Below are positions 21,524-33,000 of a stretch of 64,000 nucleotides of DNA, one piece after another (position 1 is the stretch's first letter; each line of letters begins with the position of its first letter). A program made the translations under genes and the position numbers. Under the pieces are notes generated by a model. That model saw nothing but the letters and a program-made list of their open reading frames with translations, ran no database searches and was not told the DNA's origin. The stretch is from NCBI GenBank assembly GCA_964457245.1, contig CAYWET010000009.1:25284-89283 (forward strand), given 5' to 3'. The stretch comes from an uncultured Chryseobacterium sp. Its GTDB lineage: Bacteria; Bacteroidota; Bacteroidia; UBA10329.

Positions 21524-21662
21524 GATTTCTGGGTTTAGACATTCGAGACCTAAACGCCAGTAGCGCGCTGGAAATTATTGGGCGTAACGTTTATACAAAT
21601 ATTTGAGACAGTCGAGTAGGGGCATATGGCCCATACACCCTCACATCAATGCGGACACGTCT

Positions 21663-22226
21663 TTACGAGTTCCAACGGAACGAATCCAGTTCAAATCCAG
21701 CCAGATCGAGCACACGGTCAACAACGGTTTTGGCCAATGCTTCAAAATCTTGCGGGTTGCTGTAGAACGATGGGCTTGCTGGCGCGATAATGCCACCAGC
21801 CTCCGTAATCGTTTTCATGTTATTGATGTGAATGAGGCTGTAAGGTGTATCTCGAGGAATGAGAATCAGCTTGCGCCTTTCTTTCAGGATAACATCTGCC
21901 GCGCGGGTCATCAAATCGTTGGAAATACCTGAGGCGATGCGCGCCATTGTACCCATGCTACATGGAGCAATTATCATCGTCTCATACTTGGCAGAACCCG
22001 AAGCAAACGGAGCCATGAAATCTTTCGCATCGTAAACCTTGAAAGGTAGGTTCTCAAAATCAGAATTTCCAAGCTCAATTTTCCAAACGTCTCTGGCGTT
22101 ACTGCTGAAAACGATACCAACATCTTGAATTTGACCTTGTAACTCAAACAAACGGTCGAATAGAACTTTTGCGTAAATGGATCCGCTAGCTCCTGTAACT
22201 CCAACAACGATTTTCTTCTTGGTCAT
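21663..22226 (-). CDS. ubiX: flavin prenyltransferase UbiX
   Basis: 187 aa; IVVGVTGASGSIYA flavoprotein signature, typical UbiX length. Confidence 0.9.
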   Translation of the reverse strand: MTKKKIVVGVTGASGSIYAKVLFDRLFELQGQIQDVGIVFSSNARDVWKIELGNSDFENLPFKVYDAKDFMAPFASGSAKYETMIIAPCSMGTMARIASGISNDLMTRAADVILKERRKLILIPRDTPYSLIHINNMKTITEAGGIIAPASPSFYSNPQDFEALAKTVVDRVLDLAGFELDSFRWNS

Positions 22227-22254
22227 CAGTCGTTTTCTTTACCCGTTTCCACCT

Positions 22255-22884
22255 TCAATCAATGGCGTTCTTTTTCTTGGTTGCATTGATTTTATCTTGG
22301 TCGAGCGTTGTCTTGAACCAGAACCTAACAGAAAAAGCAAACAAGTGGTTCAACCACATTCCTCTGGTTTTTAAAGAGTACAATGAGTTGGCATAGCGTG
22401 CATTGACCTCGACCTTACCTTTCCAGAAGTAGTAACTCAGACCAGCAGCACCACTGAATTCAGCTTTTCTAAAAAGTGGGTTGTTCCGAGTGTCGGGCTG
22501 ATTGGTCTCACGGTCAATGGTGCTGAGAATGATGCCTGTCTGAACGCCCAATTCCACACTCATGTTCTTAATACCATACCATCTATACATTAATGGAATC
22601 TCTAGCATATTATGGTTGTGGTAGATCAAGGTGTTGTTGTTCTTATCCGTTGGCGCCAACCTGCTTCCTTTCTGAATAAAGGAAAGCTCTAGCTGAAGTG
22701 TTGATCTTGGGGTGAAGCGATAATCCGTAAACGCACCACCCCAAGCGCCCACTTTGTGAAAACCTGTAATGGCATCACCAGTTACTTGTGACGTGCTGAT
22801 TCCCGCGTAAAGACCACCACCGAAGCCTTGACTAAAGCCAAGTATCGGAATGAGTAACAGGAAGAGTGTCGTCAGTTTCCGCAT
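22255..22884 (-). CDS. small outer-membrane beta-barrel protein
   Basis: 209 aa, signal peptide, alternating hydrophobic pattern, Gly/aromatic rich. Confidence 0.55.
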   Translation of the reverse strand: MRKLTTLFLLLIPILGFSQGFGGGLYAGISTSQVTGDAITGFHKVGAWGGAFTDYRFTPRSTLQLELSFIQKGSRLAPTDKNNNTLIYHNHNMLEIPLMYRWYGIKNMSVELGVQTGIILSTIDRETNQPDTRNNPLFRKAEFSGAAGLSYYFWKGKVEVNARYANSLYSLKTRGMWLNHLFAFSVRFWFKTTLDQDKINATKKKNAID

Positions 22885-22897
22885 GTGCGGAGCGAAG

Positions 22898-23881
22898 TTA
22901 GTGTTCCATCACGGGTTTGTACTCCGCTTGAATCACTTCTTTGGTGTCATCACGATAGATAAATGCGACCACGTTGCAGTTATGATCCACAAACTCTTGG
23001 TCGATTGTCAAATTGTGTGTGGTCGTTTCAGAATCACCAGCCGCGATGCTGGCTCCACCGTTGATTGCGTCTCCCCAAGCAGCCGTAAACCCATCGCGAA
23101 GTACATGCATATGCACGTAATCCTCAATCTCCGGTGGGGTAGCCGCGTTGTCCAACTGCCAATCGACCACACTATCTTCCGACAGAAGTACAACTAAGCG
23201 GTAAGGTGAATTGGTTAGGTCGTTAAGAGCGGAAATTTTTACAGAAGCGGTTGCTTCGCGACTTCCTTCATTATATGTTACGTCAAGATCAACCAGTGCG
23301 GTGGGAGGTTGAGCTAATACGTCATCCACAAGAGTTTCCCAATTGGTGTGCCCATGAGAATAACTGTCATTTACCTTCTTCCTATTCACCATACCATTAG
23401 GCAGAAACAGCCCTGTTTCAAACGCTGTTTCGTATAAGTCTCCATAATCCGTAGTTCTGAAATCAGTGCTGAAACTACCATCCGAATTGGTTTCGGGCCC
23501 CGCAAACGTTTCTGTAATATGAACTGCCAGCGGTACTACGCGTGCTCCATACTTACATTCGAGATCCTTTAACGCCTCAGCTGCTCGCGGACAGTTTGCA
23601 CATCTGAAACCTGTGTAGTCTTCCACCAGAACGGTTCGAACACTATCGTAGCGGCAATGGCAATCTTCCACTACCGCAAGTGGGTTGTAATTAGATGCAG
23701 TGGAGTCGGTACAACCTCTAACAAGCGATGGGTCATATTCACAGTTTCCATCATCTAAGGTGGCTTCTGGGTTGTAGTTCAAGGCTATCGGGTCGGTGCA
23801 ACCATAATCAGGTGGACTGACCTTATCGCAAGCTGCATAAGTCAGTGTAATAGCGAATAGTATGAGAGCAATTCGATTCAT
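22898..23881 (-). CDS. lipoprotein with CxxC motif (thioredoxin-like, possibly Omp28-related)
   Basis: Start chosen at internal Met (MNRIALILFAITLTYAAC, lipobox) because the upstream ATG at 24001 overlaps the preceding gene; CANCPRAAE motif; sits between OM barrel and TlpA genes. Confidence 0.55.
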   Translation of the reverse strand: MNRIALILFAITLTYAACDKVSPPDYGCTDPIALNYNPEATLDDGNCEYDPSLVRGCTDSTASNYNPLAVVEDCHCRYDSVRTVLVEDYTGFRCANCPRAAEALKDLECKYGARVVPLAVHITETFAGPETNSDGSFSTDFRTTDYGDLYETAFETGLFLPNGMVNRKKVNDSYSHGHTNWETLVDDVLAQPPTALVDLDVTYNEGSREATASVKISALNDLTNSPYRLVVLLSEDSVVDWQLDNAATPPEIEDYVHMHVLRDGFTAAWGDAINGGASIAAGDSETTTHNLTIDQEFVDHNCNVVAFIYRDDTKEVIQAEYKPVMEH

Positions 23882-23888
23882 TCTGCTT

Positions 23889-25607
23889 TTAAAAACTCGT
23901 TGAAATGCTAAGTGCAACTCCGTTGGAAGAAGGAACATTTCTACACACACCTCCAACGCAGAAAATACCCGCTCGTTGTCTTCCGTATTGTAACGTAACA
24001 CGGGTTGCGTCTTTAATATAACCGACCTGAACCGTAGGGTAGAAGAGACGCTTTTCTGGTTCTGGATTGGAGTAATTATACTGGCCTATAAAAGAGACGA
24101 ATACATGAGGAGACCACGTGTATTCCAGCAGAACTGCGGCCCAATCATGCTGATCTTGCTTGGTGAAGAGCCCTTGAAGTTCCCACCTTATCGCATGTTT
24201 TGCAGATATTTTGTGCGTCATTTCTGCAATGATGATGTTCGATTTGACTGGTTCCTCGCCAGGGTGCCCTTGGATCACATCAATATCGAAGAACATGTTC
24301 AAGTACTTGATGGTGAACTTGTGGTTCTTGTTGATTTTCTTGTTGATTTCGATGTTGAAGTCTTGGAAGTAGAGTTTTCCTAGTCCAAAGTAGTTTGAGG
24401 TATATCCCGTACCATTTTCGTTAATGGTTGTGTCCAGATTGTGAACACGCGAGTAATTAACGGAAATGTTCATGCCGTATTTACCACCGAGCAATGATTT
24501 CCTCGGAATAGTGTAGCTACCATCAAACTGAAAAGCCCATTCCCCGTTTGGTTGCGTGGCATATGGGTAAAGTCCAGCAGCAAGTAGATAAGTGTGTTGC
24601 TTGGTCAATGCTGGAAGAAAATTGATGTTCAGGTCAAACAGGGTTGCATCTCGCTGCGAGCGGAAATTCATGTTATCCGTGCGTTTAACGCTGGCTACCA
24701 GACCGAAGCCTTTTTTTGTGTACGAAGCAGTTACCAGCACCGCATCCCCATAATTGTAATTGGGGCGTTGGTCGCCACCTTGGAGTGTAATGATATTCGA
24801 AGCTTGAGGGTCTTGACCCTTTCTCACGTATTCTCCACTGATGTTAAAACCTCCATGAAGTAGATTGAAACGCGCGGCCCAAGCTCCAACGTTTTCGGGA
24901 AGCTCAAGATCAGTGTCGTTATCTTCTTCGTACTTACTTACGAACGACCCTCCCAGAGTTAATCGTGTTTTCTTCTCGGCAAGTGCTTTGAATGTTTCGT
25001 TCAGTGAGATCTCACCATCAAATGCTCTGATAAGCGCTTCGCCATGACTGAAGTAAAACCGTTGCTTTCCTACCAATGCTTTCAGGTAAATTCCGCCAAG
25101 AATATGAGATTTGATGCGAGCACCTTCAATCAAGTTATCGAAGCCAAGCCCGCGTTCTTCATACGCTCTCAGAATCATTCCTGAGCCGAACTGCTCGTAA
25201 AAACCACCAACGGTTATGTGCAGAAAGTCGAGGTCGTAGCTGGCAAATCGGTATGGAACACCTTGACCATCATATCGCTGGTCAAAACCTTGCAATACAT
25301 TGTAATAGCCTTCGTATCGTAATCCTGCGGTGAATTTGCCTTTCGTGTAGATGATATTGGCATAGCCATTCATCAAGAACTTTTCAGGAACGGGCGGGGC
25401 ATCAATGGCAGAATCAGGATTGTAGATCTGTGCATCGAATTGGAAGCTACCGTGCACCTCGCCCCATTTGCCTTTAATATTGGTGCTGTTCTGTTCCTGA
25501 CCGAATGATGAATTCACCCATCCGAAAACGAACAGAACAAGAAAGAACGATCTAAGCGTAGAATGCATCCAGAAAGATGGGTGGAACTTATTTTTTAGAG
25601 GCTTCAA
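23889..25607 (-). CDS. outer-membrane beta-barrel protein (uncharacterised), probable start at Met 25568
   Basis: 572 aa; signal peptide after MHSTLRSFFLVLFVFGWVNSSFGQ, C-terminal ...ISTSF aromatic terminus typical of OM barrels. Confidence 0.6.
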   Translation of the reverse strand: MKPLKNKFHPSFWMHSTLRSFFLVLFVFGWVNSSFGQEQNSTNIKGKWGEVHGSFQFDAQIYNPDSAIDAPPVPEKFLMNGYANIIYTKGKFTAGLRYEGYYNVLQGFDQRYDGQGVPYRFASYDLDFLHITVGGFYEQFGSGMILRAYEERGLGFDNLIEGARIKSHILGGIYLKALVGKQRFYFSHGEALIRAFDGEISLNETFKALAEKKTRLTLGGSFVSKYEEDNDTDLELPENVGAWAARFNLLHGGFNISGEYVRKGQDPQASNIITLQGGDQRPNYNYGDAVLVTASYTKKGFGLVASVKRTDNMNFRSQRDATLFDLNINFLPALTKQHTYLLAAGLYPYATQPNGEWAFQFDGSYTIPRKSLLGGKYGMNISVNYSRVHNLDTTINENGTGYTSNYFGLGKLYFQDFNIEINKKINKNHKFTIKYLNMFFDIDVIQGHPGEEPVKSNIIIAEMTHKISAKHAIRWELQGLFTKQDQHDWAAVLLEYTWSPHVFVSFIGQYNYSNPEPEKRLFYPTVQVGYIKDATRVTLQYGRQRAGIFCVGGVCRNVPSSNGVALSISTSF

Positions 25608-26097
25608 CCACCTTTTCGTATAGTTCTATTTCGTCTCCAGGGCTGTAAGAGTTGTGAGAATAGATCACCTCTCGATCTCCGTTCAACAGAAATGTATGCG
25701 GAACTGTATTGACATTCATGGCGCGTTTCAGATCACCGTTCGGATCAATGTAAACTTCGTATTCCCAACCTTTTCCGTTCACAAATGGAGCAACTTTTTG
25801 CATGTTCCGCGCATCATCAATGGAAATGGCCACAAGCTTTACGTTTGTCTCGTCTTGCCAATCGATGTATTCATCTGCGATGGTACTTAACTCTTTAACA
25901 CATGGTTTGCACCAAGTAGCCCAAAAACTTACAATGATGGGATTGCCATCGTTCTGAATGTCTGAAGTATTGAAATTGCGACCATCTGTTGTTTTGATAT
26001 CGACATCAGGCAAGGCCCAATCCTTTTTGGCAATTTGGCCGAAAGTCGGGTTTGCAATCAGATAGGTGAAAAGTGATAGAATGAGTACAGAGCGCAT
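25588..26097 (-). CDS. TlpA/ResA-family thiol-disulfide oxidoreductase
   Basis: 169 aa, signal peptide, WATWCKPCVKE thioredoxin CxxC motif. Confidence 0.85.
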   Translation of the reverse strand: MRSVLILSLFTYLIANPTFGQIAKKDWALPDVDIKTTDGRNFNTSDIQNDGNPIIVSFWATWCKPCVKELSTIADEYIDWQDETNVKLVAISIDDARNMQKVAPFVNGKGWEYEVYIDPNGDLKRAMNVNTVPHTFLLNGDREVIYSHNSYSPGDEIELYEKVVEASKK

Positions 26098-26110
26098 GTT
26101 AGGTGGTTAA

Positions 26111-26155
26111 GTAAAAAACCACGGGTCAATAACCGTTCCGATATATTGACCCGTG
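26111..26155 (-). terminator. intrinsic terminator downstream of T9SS cargo gene
   Basis: 13-bp perfect stem ccacgggtcaata/tattgacccgtgg with T-run on minus strand. Confidence 0.55.
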
Positions 26156-26181
26156 GAGTAAAACTAATTGTTTGCTACGGC

Positions 26182-28074
26182 TTATTTCTGAACAACAACT
26201 CTTTTAGAGTGCATGTGTCCGTTGGCCAACACGTTTACGTTGTAGATACCGTTTTTCAAAGCGCTAACATCCACAGTACGCTTGTTTACACCAGCAGCAA
26301 ACTTTCCGAATGCTTCTGAGAGAACTACTGCTCCTTTGATGTCCGTGATGGTCAAAACAGCGTCTTCTTTGGTTTCAGTCTCAAGAACTACTGTCAGTTG
26401 GTCGTTAGAAACAGGGTTAGGATATACACCGATTGCCGTGTTGTTGTCGTAATCTGTAAGGCCTGTCAATTGGCTAGTGCCCGTAGAGATAGCGGAGTTG
26501 TGAACAACATTGTCCGAAGACTGCAAGAAAACAACGACTTCAAACTCAACACCAGCATGGAAATCAAATGAGCCTTGGCTAGGCAAGTTTGGATTAACCG
26601 TGGCAGTGTAAGACTGTTGATTAGTATACTGCGTACCTGCAGTTAGGTTAACAGACGCTCCATTAGCGCTTGGCAGCATTTTTCTGAAGATATGGTGGAA
26701 CTCTGTTTCACCGTTACTGAAGGATGCATCACTGGTTTTATCGTATTTCTTCTCCACAAGGGCTATGTAAAGCCGTGCATTTAGATTAACATAAGGGTCC
26801 ACAACAACATCAACCGTAATTTCATTATCGCTGGTAACAGTATGCGTTGCTGAGATGTCAACCACTGCAACGTCATCTTGATGTGACGCTACGTCCGAAG
26901 CGTTAAATGTATTGAACGAATATTGAGTCCCATCCGCTACAGGCGTTGGTGCACCTGTCACTCCGTAATAAGCTCTACGCGTCTCTACCTCTGAATTCCA
27001 TGCATGATCACCATTTCCTGGCCAGTTAACTGGATATTTTACAACGGAAACTTGCGCTGTATTCTGGTCGTTAGCGTTCAATGCTGCTAAGCCAGCGTTG
27101 ATTCCGTTTCCTCCGTATCCATTGTTACTCAACCATTCGCATGGAGGACACGTGGAACTGGTAAAATCTTCTACCAAGGTTAGGCGCGTACCAAGCTGAG
27201 TGGCAACAACCACCTCACCTGACAGAGTGTTGTTGCTTGTGTTGGCATCGCCAGAGGTTGTAACTGTAACATCAATATTATACGTGGTTCCCGCAGCTCC
27301 AACCAATGGGTCGGAATGAACAAAGTTGTACGTTTCTCCAAATTCAAGACCCAAACCGGTTAGGTTTTCAGAACCTGAGTTCGTTCCATCGGTCCAATCG
27401 ATTGTCACATCATTCAAGGTGCTTGAGCCATTATTGGTTATTGTACCCGCAATATTGATGTTTCCGGGTGCAGCAAATGCAGGAAGACTTAAGGACACCA
27501 ATTCAACGTCAGTAGGTGCTGGTTCAAAAACCTCTACATTGTCAAGTGCCATACCATAAGTCCAGCCATCATTATCAGTATAAAGCCAAGCAAACTGAAC
27601 AGTCGAACTTCCAGCTGCCGAAGACACATCTACAAAATACCCATCCTGCCAATCGGCTGAACCAGAAAACTCAGCTAACGCGGTCCAGTTTCCGTCCACA
27701 TTCATCTCCAGATGGCCTTCCTCCTGAATTCCTTGGTAAGAGCCGTCTAAATAAAACAAGTCGAACCGCAATATTGCGCTCGTTGCACCGGAAAGGTCAA
27801 TTACAGGTGATACCAAATGGTCAAAATACTTATCGCAGTTACAGTCGTCATCATTGGTCGCAACAAACGAACCATGTGCTGGAATGTCGAAAGAAGATGA
27901 TGAAAGTGAAGTTGCGTCACCTCCTAACCATCCACCATCGGAGGCACTGGTTGTTTGAGACCATGTTCCAGGAACTCCAGATGAGAATTCTTCTTGTAAA
28001 AAATAAGTCTGGGCAGAGGCCGAGAGACTGAAGACTCCAGCAGCGACCAGAAGGCTAAGTAGTTTTGTTTTCAT
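26182..28074 (-). CDS. T9SS type A sorting-domain cargo protein
   Basis: 630 aa, signal peptide, C-terminal ~80 aa (GVYPNPVSNDQLTV...NGIYNVNVL...) matches Por secretion C-terminal domain. Confidence 0.85.
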   Translation of the reverse strand: MKTKLLSLLVAAGVFSLSASAQTYFLQEEFSSGVPGTWSQTTSASDGGWLGGDATSLSSSSFDIPAHGSFVATNDDDCNCDKYFDHLVSPVIDLSGATSAILRFDLFYLDGSYQGIQEEGHLEMNVDGNWTALAEFSGSADWQDGYFVDVSSAAGSSTVQFAWLYTDNDGWTYGMALDNVEVFEPAPTDVELVSLSLPAFAAPGNINIAGTITNNGSSTLNDVTIDWTDGTNSGSENLTGLGLEFGETYNFVHSDPLVGAAGTTYNIDVTVTTSGDANTSNNTLSGEVVVATQLGTRLTLVEDFTSSTCPPCEWLSNNGYGGNGINAGLAALNANDQNTAQVSVVKYPVNWPGNGDHAWNSEVETRRAYYGVTGAPTPVADGTQYSFNTFNASDVASHQDDVAVVDISATHTVTSDNEITVDVVVDPYVNLNARLYIALVEKKYDKTSDASFSNGETEFHHIFRKMLPSANGASVNLTAGTQYTNQQSYTATVNPNLPSQGSFDFHAGVEFEVVVFLQSSDNVVHNSAISTGTSQLTGLTDYDNNTAIGVYPNPVSNDQLTVVLETETKEDAVLTITDIKGAVVLSEAFGKFAAGVNKRTVDVSALKNGIYNVNVLANGHMHSKRVVVQK

Positions 28075-28263
28075 TTTCTGTTGAGTTTGTAGGTTATTAC
28101 TGAATGAGGGTCGTCACTTCGTGAATACACAACTTCAAAGCAAATTGGGTTGCCGTCTTCAATGTGTAGTAACAAAGACAGATTACGAAATTATGAATAA
28201 GTTCCAATCAATTCTTAAAGGGTTTCCATACTTTCGTTCTTGCTGATTCTTAAAATTCATTAG

Positions 28264-29001
28264 ATGAAAAATCTTTTACTCGGAACCTTGACTTTGGTAA
28301 CCTGTTTTGCGGTTAGCGGTTTGAATGCTCAGTCATTGGTGATTTCTGAACTTGATTCAATTGTCTATGGTGATCCAACCGCAAATGTAATTACCGCCCA
28401 TGCCACGGTAACCAACACTGGCAATTCTCCAATTGATGTCTTTCTATTCGGTGAACATGATGCGGGGGCTCCCGCAACTGCAAACTATTATTACTGCTGG
28501 TTTGTATGTTACAGTCCCATCCCGGTTGCAGATGTTTACAGTTGGCCTAACTCACACATCTTGACATTAGATGCTGGGGCATCAAACACTTCATCTTTTG
28601 CTGCCTACTACGAGCCTGAAGGTCTGGCGGCTGTGGCTACGTTCGATTACTGTTTCTATGATGTAAACAATCCATCGGACGAAACTTGTGTGCAGATTAC
28701 GTTCGATACTCAAAATGTTGGAATTGAAGAACTTGAAGAAGGAACAAGTGGTATTTCTGAGGCTTATCCGAATCCGGCAAAGTCGGTTGCCAAGATTAAT
28801 TATTCAATAGCAGCTGATAGTAAAGACGCAAAGCTGGTTGTTTACAGTATGCTTGGGTCTAAAGTGAGAGAGGTTGCACTTACTGAAGAGCGCGGAACAT
28901 TGAAACTGGACGTGTCTTCTCTGCCTAGCGGAATGTACTTCTATTCGCTTTTGGTGGAGGATAAGGCCATCAGCACCAAGAAGATGTTGGTTACAAAGTA
29001 A
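28264..29001 (+). CDS. T9SS C-terminal-domain cargo protein (small)
   Basis: 245 aa, signal peptide, C-terminal AYPNPAKSVAKINYSI...SGMYFYSL CTD. Confidence 0.8.
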   Translation: MKNLLLGTLTLVTCFAVSGLNAQSLVISELDSIVYGDPTANVITAHATVTNTGNSPIDVFLFGEHDAGAPATANYYYCWFVCYSPIPVADVYSWPNSHILTLDAGASNTSSFAAYYEPEGLAAVATFDYCFYDVNNPSDETCVQITFDTQNVGIEELEEGTSGISEAYPNPAKSVAKINYSIAADSKDAKLVVYSMLGSKVREVALTEERGTLKLDVSSLPSGMYFYSLLVEDKAISTKKMLVTK

Positions 29002-29692
29002 TTTCTCCTTCTAGAAAGGAATTGACAAGCCGGGGCAATGCTGCTCCGGCTTTTTCATTTATAGGCGTTATGTGACTGGGATAATAAAGCTCGTTGGCCT
29101 TTGGGTCAATGATCCAAATGGGCGCATTAGCTTTTGCATACTGGTAGAGCCCCGCTGCCGGATAAACGTTGAGTGATGTGCCTACAATGATTACCGCATC
29201 GGCCTCAGATACCATCTGCGCGGCCACAGGCAGATTCGGAACCTCTTCTCCAAACCAAACAATATGAGGTCGAAGTTGATGTCCGTTCTCGCAAACATCT
29301 CCCAGCAGCAGTTCCCAGCCTTCTAGATCATAAACTGTATGAGGATAGCCCGTACTTCTTACCTGTGTTAATTTACCATGGAGGTGTAGCACATTCGTGT
29401 TGCCAGCTCGCTCATGCAAGTCGTCCACATTTTGGGTAATGACCTGAACATGAAAAGCTTCCTGAAGCTTGGTAATGGCTAAGTGCGCAGGATTGGGATT
29501 CACTTCCATCAGTTGTTTTCTGCGGAGGTTGTAAAAATCCAGTACCAGTTCGGGGTTTCTTTCAAACGCCTCGGGCGTGGCAACCTCTTCAATGCGATGG
29601 TTCTCCCAAAGGCCGTCTGCATCTCTGAATGTTTTAATGCCGCTCTCGGCACTTATTCCTGCTCCTGATAGAATGGCGATGGTTTTTTGCAT
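28991..29692 (-). CDS. cobB: NAD-dependent protein deacylase (Sir2 family)
   Basis: 233 aa; GAGISAESGIKTFR, Zn CxxC...CxxC pair, HG motif. Confidence 0.9.
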   Translation of the reverse strand: MQKTIAILSGAGISAESGIKTFRDADGLWENHRIEEVATPEAFERNPELVLDFYNLRRKQLMEVNPNPAHLAITKLQEAFHVQVITQNVDDLHERAGNTNVLHLHGKLTQVRSTGYPHTVYDLEGWELLLGDVCENGHQLRPHIVWFGEEVPNLPVAAQMVSEADAVIIVGTSLNVYPAAGLYQYAKANAPIWIIDPKANELYYPSHITPINEKAGAALPRLVNSFLEGEITL

Positions 29693-30026
29693 GGGTAGTG
29701 TAATGGCATTTGAAGGTGCGAAAGATATAGGTGAATCAATACCTGACGAATCAAACTATAGATTTTCGATGGTTGCATGTTAAAAAGTGATGCCAGTGAA
29801 AATTAATATTTAGCGAAAACCCATGTTTTTCTGCGGATTCAATCAAGAAAACATGGAAGGATTTTGAATGGGTTTTCGGATTCAAAAACACGCTGTATAC
29901 CATGTCAGAAAAAAGGGTTCAGTGAATGTTAATTTACCTCGTTTAATGGACTGTTTCCCAGTCCGATAGAGTGAAAATCTGACTTTAAATGCGAGTACCT
30001 TTAATCTAACTTTTGATAACTATGAA

Positions 30027-33000
30027 GTGAAGAAGTCATTTTTACTCCTAGGTGCCGTCATCTACGGCACGGCCTGCTACTCACAGAATGTGGGTGTTGA
30101 TGTGGCCAACCCAGTGCAAAAATTAGATGTTGCCGGAGGTATTAAAATTGGAAATACTACTAATAATGTTGCTGGATCGCTCCGTTGGAACGGAACAGCA
30201 TTTCAGTTTTATGACGGTAGCCAATGGATAACTCTCGGAGCCAATACCGATGATCAGAGAATAGATCAATTCTCGCTTGTCGGAAACAGTTTACAGCTGT
30301 CTATTGAAGATGATGGACAGGGACCGTTATCGGTTGACTTAAGTTCTTATTTGGATAACACGGACGACCAACGTTTTGACGTGGTGCAACTTACTGGTAA
30401 TAACTTGATGTTGTCCATAGAAAATGATGGGCAACCAACCCATAGCATTGATTTCAGTGGTTATTTAGATAACACCGATGACCAGAAGATCGATGCGTTC
30501 AGCATTGCGTCTGGTAACCTGCTTCAGATTTCGATTGAAGATGATGGACAGGCACCGCTAACGGTTGACCTAAGTTCTTATTTGGACAACACAGACGACC
30601 AACGTTTTGACGTGGTGCAGATGAGTGGCAATAGCCTATTGTTATCTATCGAGAACGATGGCCAAGCAACGCATAGCATTGATTTCAGCGGCTATTTGGA
30701 TAACACGGATGACCAGCAGATCGATGCCTTCACGATTGCGCCTGGAAACCTACTTCAGATTTCGATTGAGGCTGACGGTGTAGGACCCTTATCGGTTGAC
30801 CTTAGCCCGTATCTTGATGATACAGACGACCAACGCTTTGACGTGGTGCAACTTTCAGGTAATAATCTGTTGTTGTCTATTCAAGATGACGGTCAGCCTA
30901 CGCACAGTATTGACCTTAGTGGCTATTTGGATAATACCGATGACCAGCAGATCAGCAACTTCTCTCTGTCAGGAACTACGCTTACCCTCGAAATAGAGAA
31001 TGATGGTCAGTTGCCACAGACGGTAAACCTTGACCCATTGAGACGACAATTGATCGATGCTGATCTAGACACATGGATTCGTGTTGCGCAAGACAACGGT
31101 TCGGATAATGACATCATTCGTATGTCAACCAACGCCACTGAACGCTTAAGAGTTACCGCTGCCGGTAACTTGGGTATTGGTACAACAACCCCTGGCACTA
31201 AGCTGACCGTTGCTGGAACAAACACTGATGCTGTTTCCATCTTAGGACTTACCAGTGGTAATGACCTCACCACATTTAATGATGGTGCGCAGATTGCTTT
31301 TGGTTACAACGGAACGCATAGCTACCAGCACTTTGTGCACACACGCCACAACAGTGGTGGTGCGGCCAATAACGCCATGGATTTCTATGTAAGTAATGGT
31401 GTGGTGGGTAACAACACTGTAACTAACGGAAGCACGCATGCCATGACGCTTAACGCTGGTAACATGGGTGTGGGAACTACGTCTCCTGCGCAGAAACTAC
31501 ATGTGCTTGGAACAGGACGTTTCAGTTCTTTGGCAAGCAGTGGTAACGACCTTGTCTATGCCAATGCTAACGGAGACCTTGTGGTCAGCTCAATAGACCC
31601 TGCATCTATTCATAGCGGTACAGGAACAGCCAACTACTTGGCAAGATGGACCTCTGCCACCGCCTTGGGTACAGGTACAACTTACGATAACGGTACCAAC
31701 GTGGGTCTTGGTACTACTTCGCCAGCGTTTAAGTTGCATGTTACTGGAGATATTCATCCTGATGGAAAGTTTGTTGTACAGAACTCAGTTGATGGAGGTA
31801 ACTCTAGAGGTATCTGGATGTGGAATGCTGGTGATTCAAACTGGGGTATTTACATGGGCCAATCTGGCGGTGGAAGATCACTCGGTGGAGGTACAGCCGC
31901 AGCTGGTGCTGGCTTTTCAGCACATGCTATTCGTTTCAGGGTGGCGAATTCATCTAGTCAAGGTTTCATCTTTGAGAACAGTTTGGAGTCAAACCTCTTC
32001 AGCTTAAGAGGTAGCGATGGCTTGGCATACTTTGCAGGAAGCATGGGTGTTGGCACAACCAGCCCAGCAGAAAAACTTCACGTAAACGGAAGTTTGCGGG
32101 TGGAGGATGGAACCATCAACTCTGGTTCAGACAATATTCGTTTGATGGAAGGCGTACGCGCCAACGATAACAGCTACGAGTGGGTGGGTTATTACTCAGG
32201 CACCACTCGTCAAGGTATTATTCTATACGATGGTGCTTGGTCTGGAGCAAATGGTCTTACCAATGAGTTTAGCATCACGGCAGAAAACTCGAACCTGCTT
32301 ACGTTGAACACCAATGGCAACCACATTGCGCTGATGCCTGATGGTAGTGGCAACGTAGGTGTGTCAACTACTTCGCCTTCACAGAAGTTGGATGTAAATG
32401 GAGCCATCCGTTCTACCGACTATCACTACATCAACCATTCGAGCCCATCTATCATTTTTCAAGATACGGATCATCGTTCTGGAGTAATCCATGTGAACAG
32501 CAACTTGATGTACTTCCTTTCGGGAAATGGTACGAACGGCACAAGCTGGAGCAGCAATGGCTCATACTGGCCACTTACTATTAACATGACCAATGATGAA
32601 GCCATCTTCGGTGGACCGGTTCAGTTGAGAGAAGGCGACCTTACAGCAAATGACCATGACATTTGGGATGTGGAGAACCTGACGGTGAACACCATTTCTG
32701 ATGGAGAGGACAGCCGCATAGACATACGGGATTATGTGTGGTTCGATAACCCGGCCGGAGCACAGGATATGTGGTTCGATAGCTACGCCAATGAGCCGCA
32801 CCTACGTCCTGGTAGCGCTGGTTGGGGATATCTTGGCCGCGTACAGAACTGGTGGAGGTATGTGTATGCTACCAGCCACATTACTATGTCGCAAAGGAGC
32901 TTGAAACGGGATATCAATCCATTGGATGAGAACCGAGCTGTTCAGGAGCTGATCGTTAGTGATATTGACAGGCTGCGACCATCGTTGTACAAGTACAATA

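Noticed and set aside
21603-21932. 109-aa plus-strand ORF
   Set aside because: Entirely antisense to ubiX, which has strong motifs; spurious
30243-31040. Regular ~114-nt repeats that might be mistaken for a CRISPR array
   Set aside because: Repeats are contiguous with no spacers, lie in-frame inside a long ORF and encode a protein repeat; no cas genes are nearby
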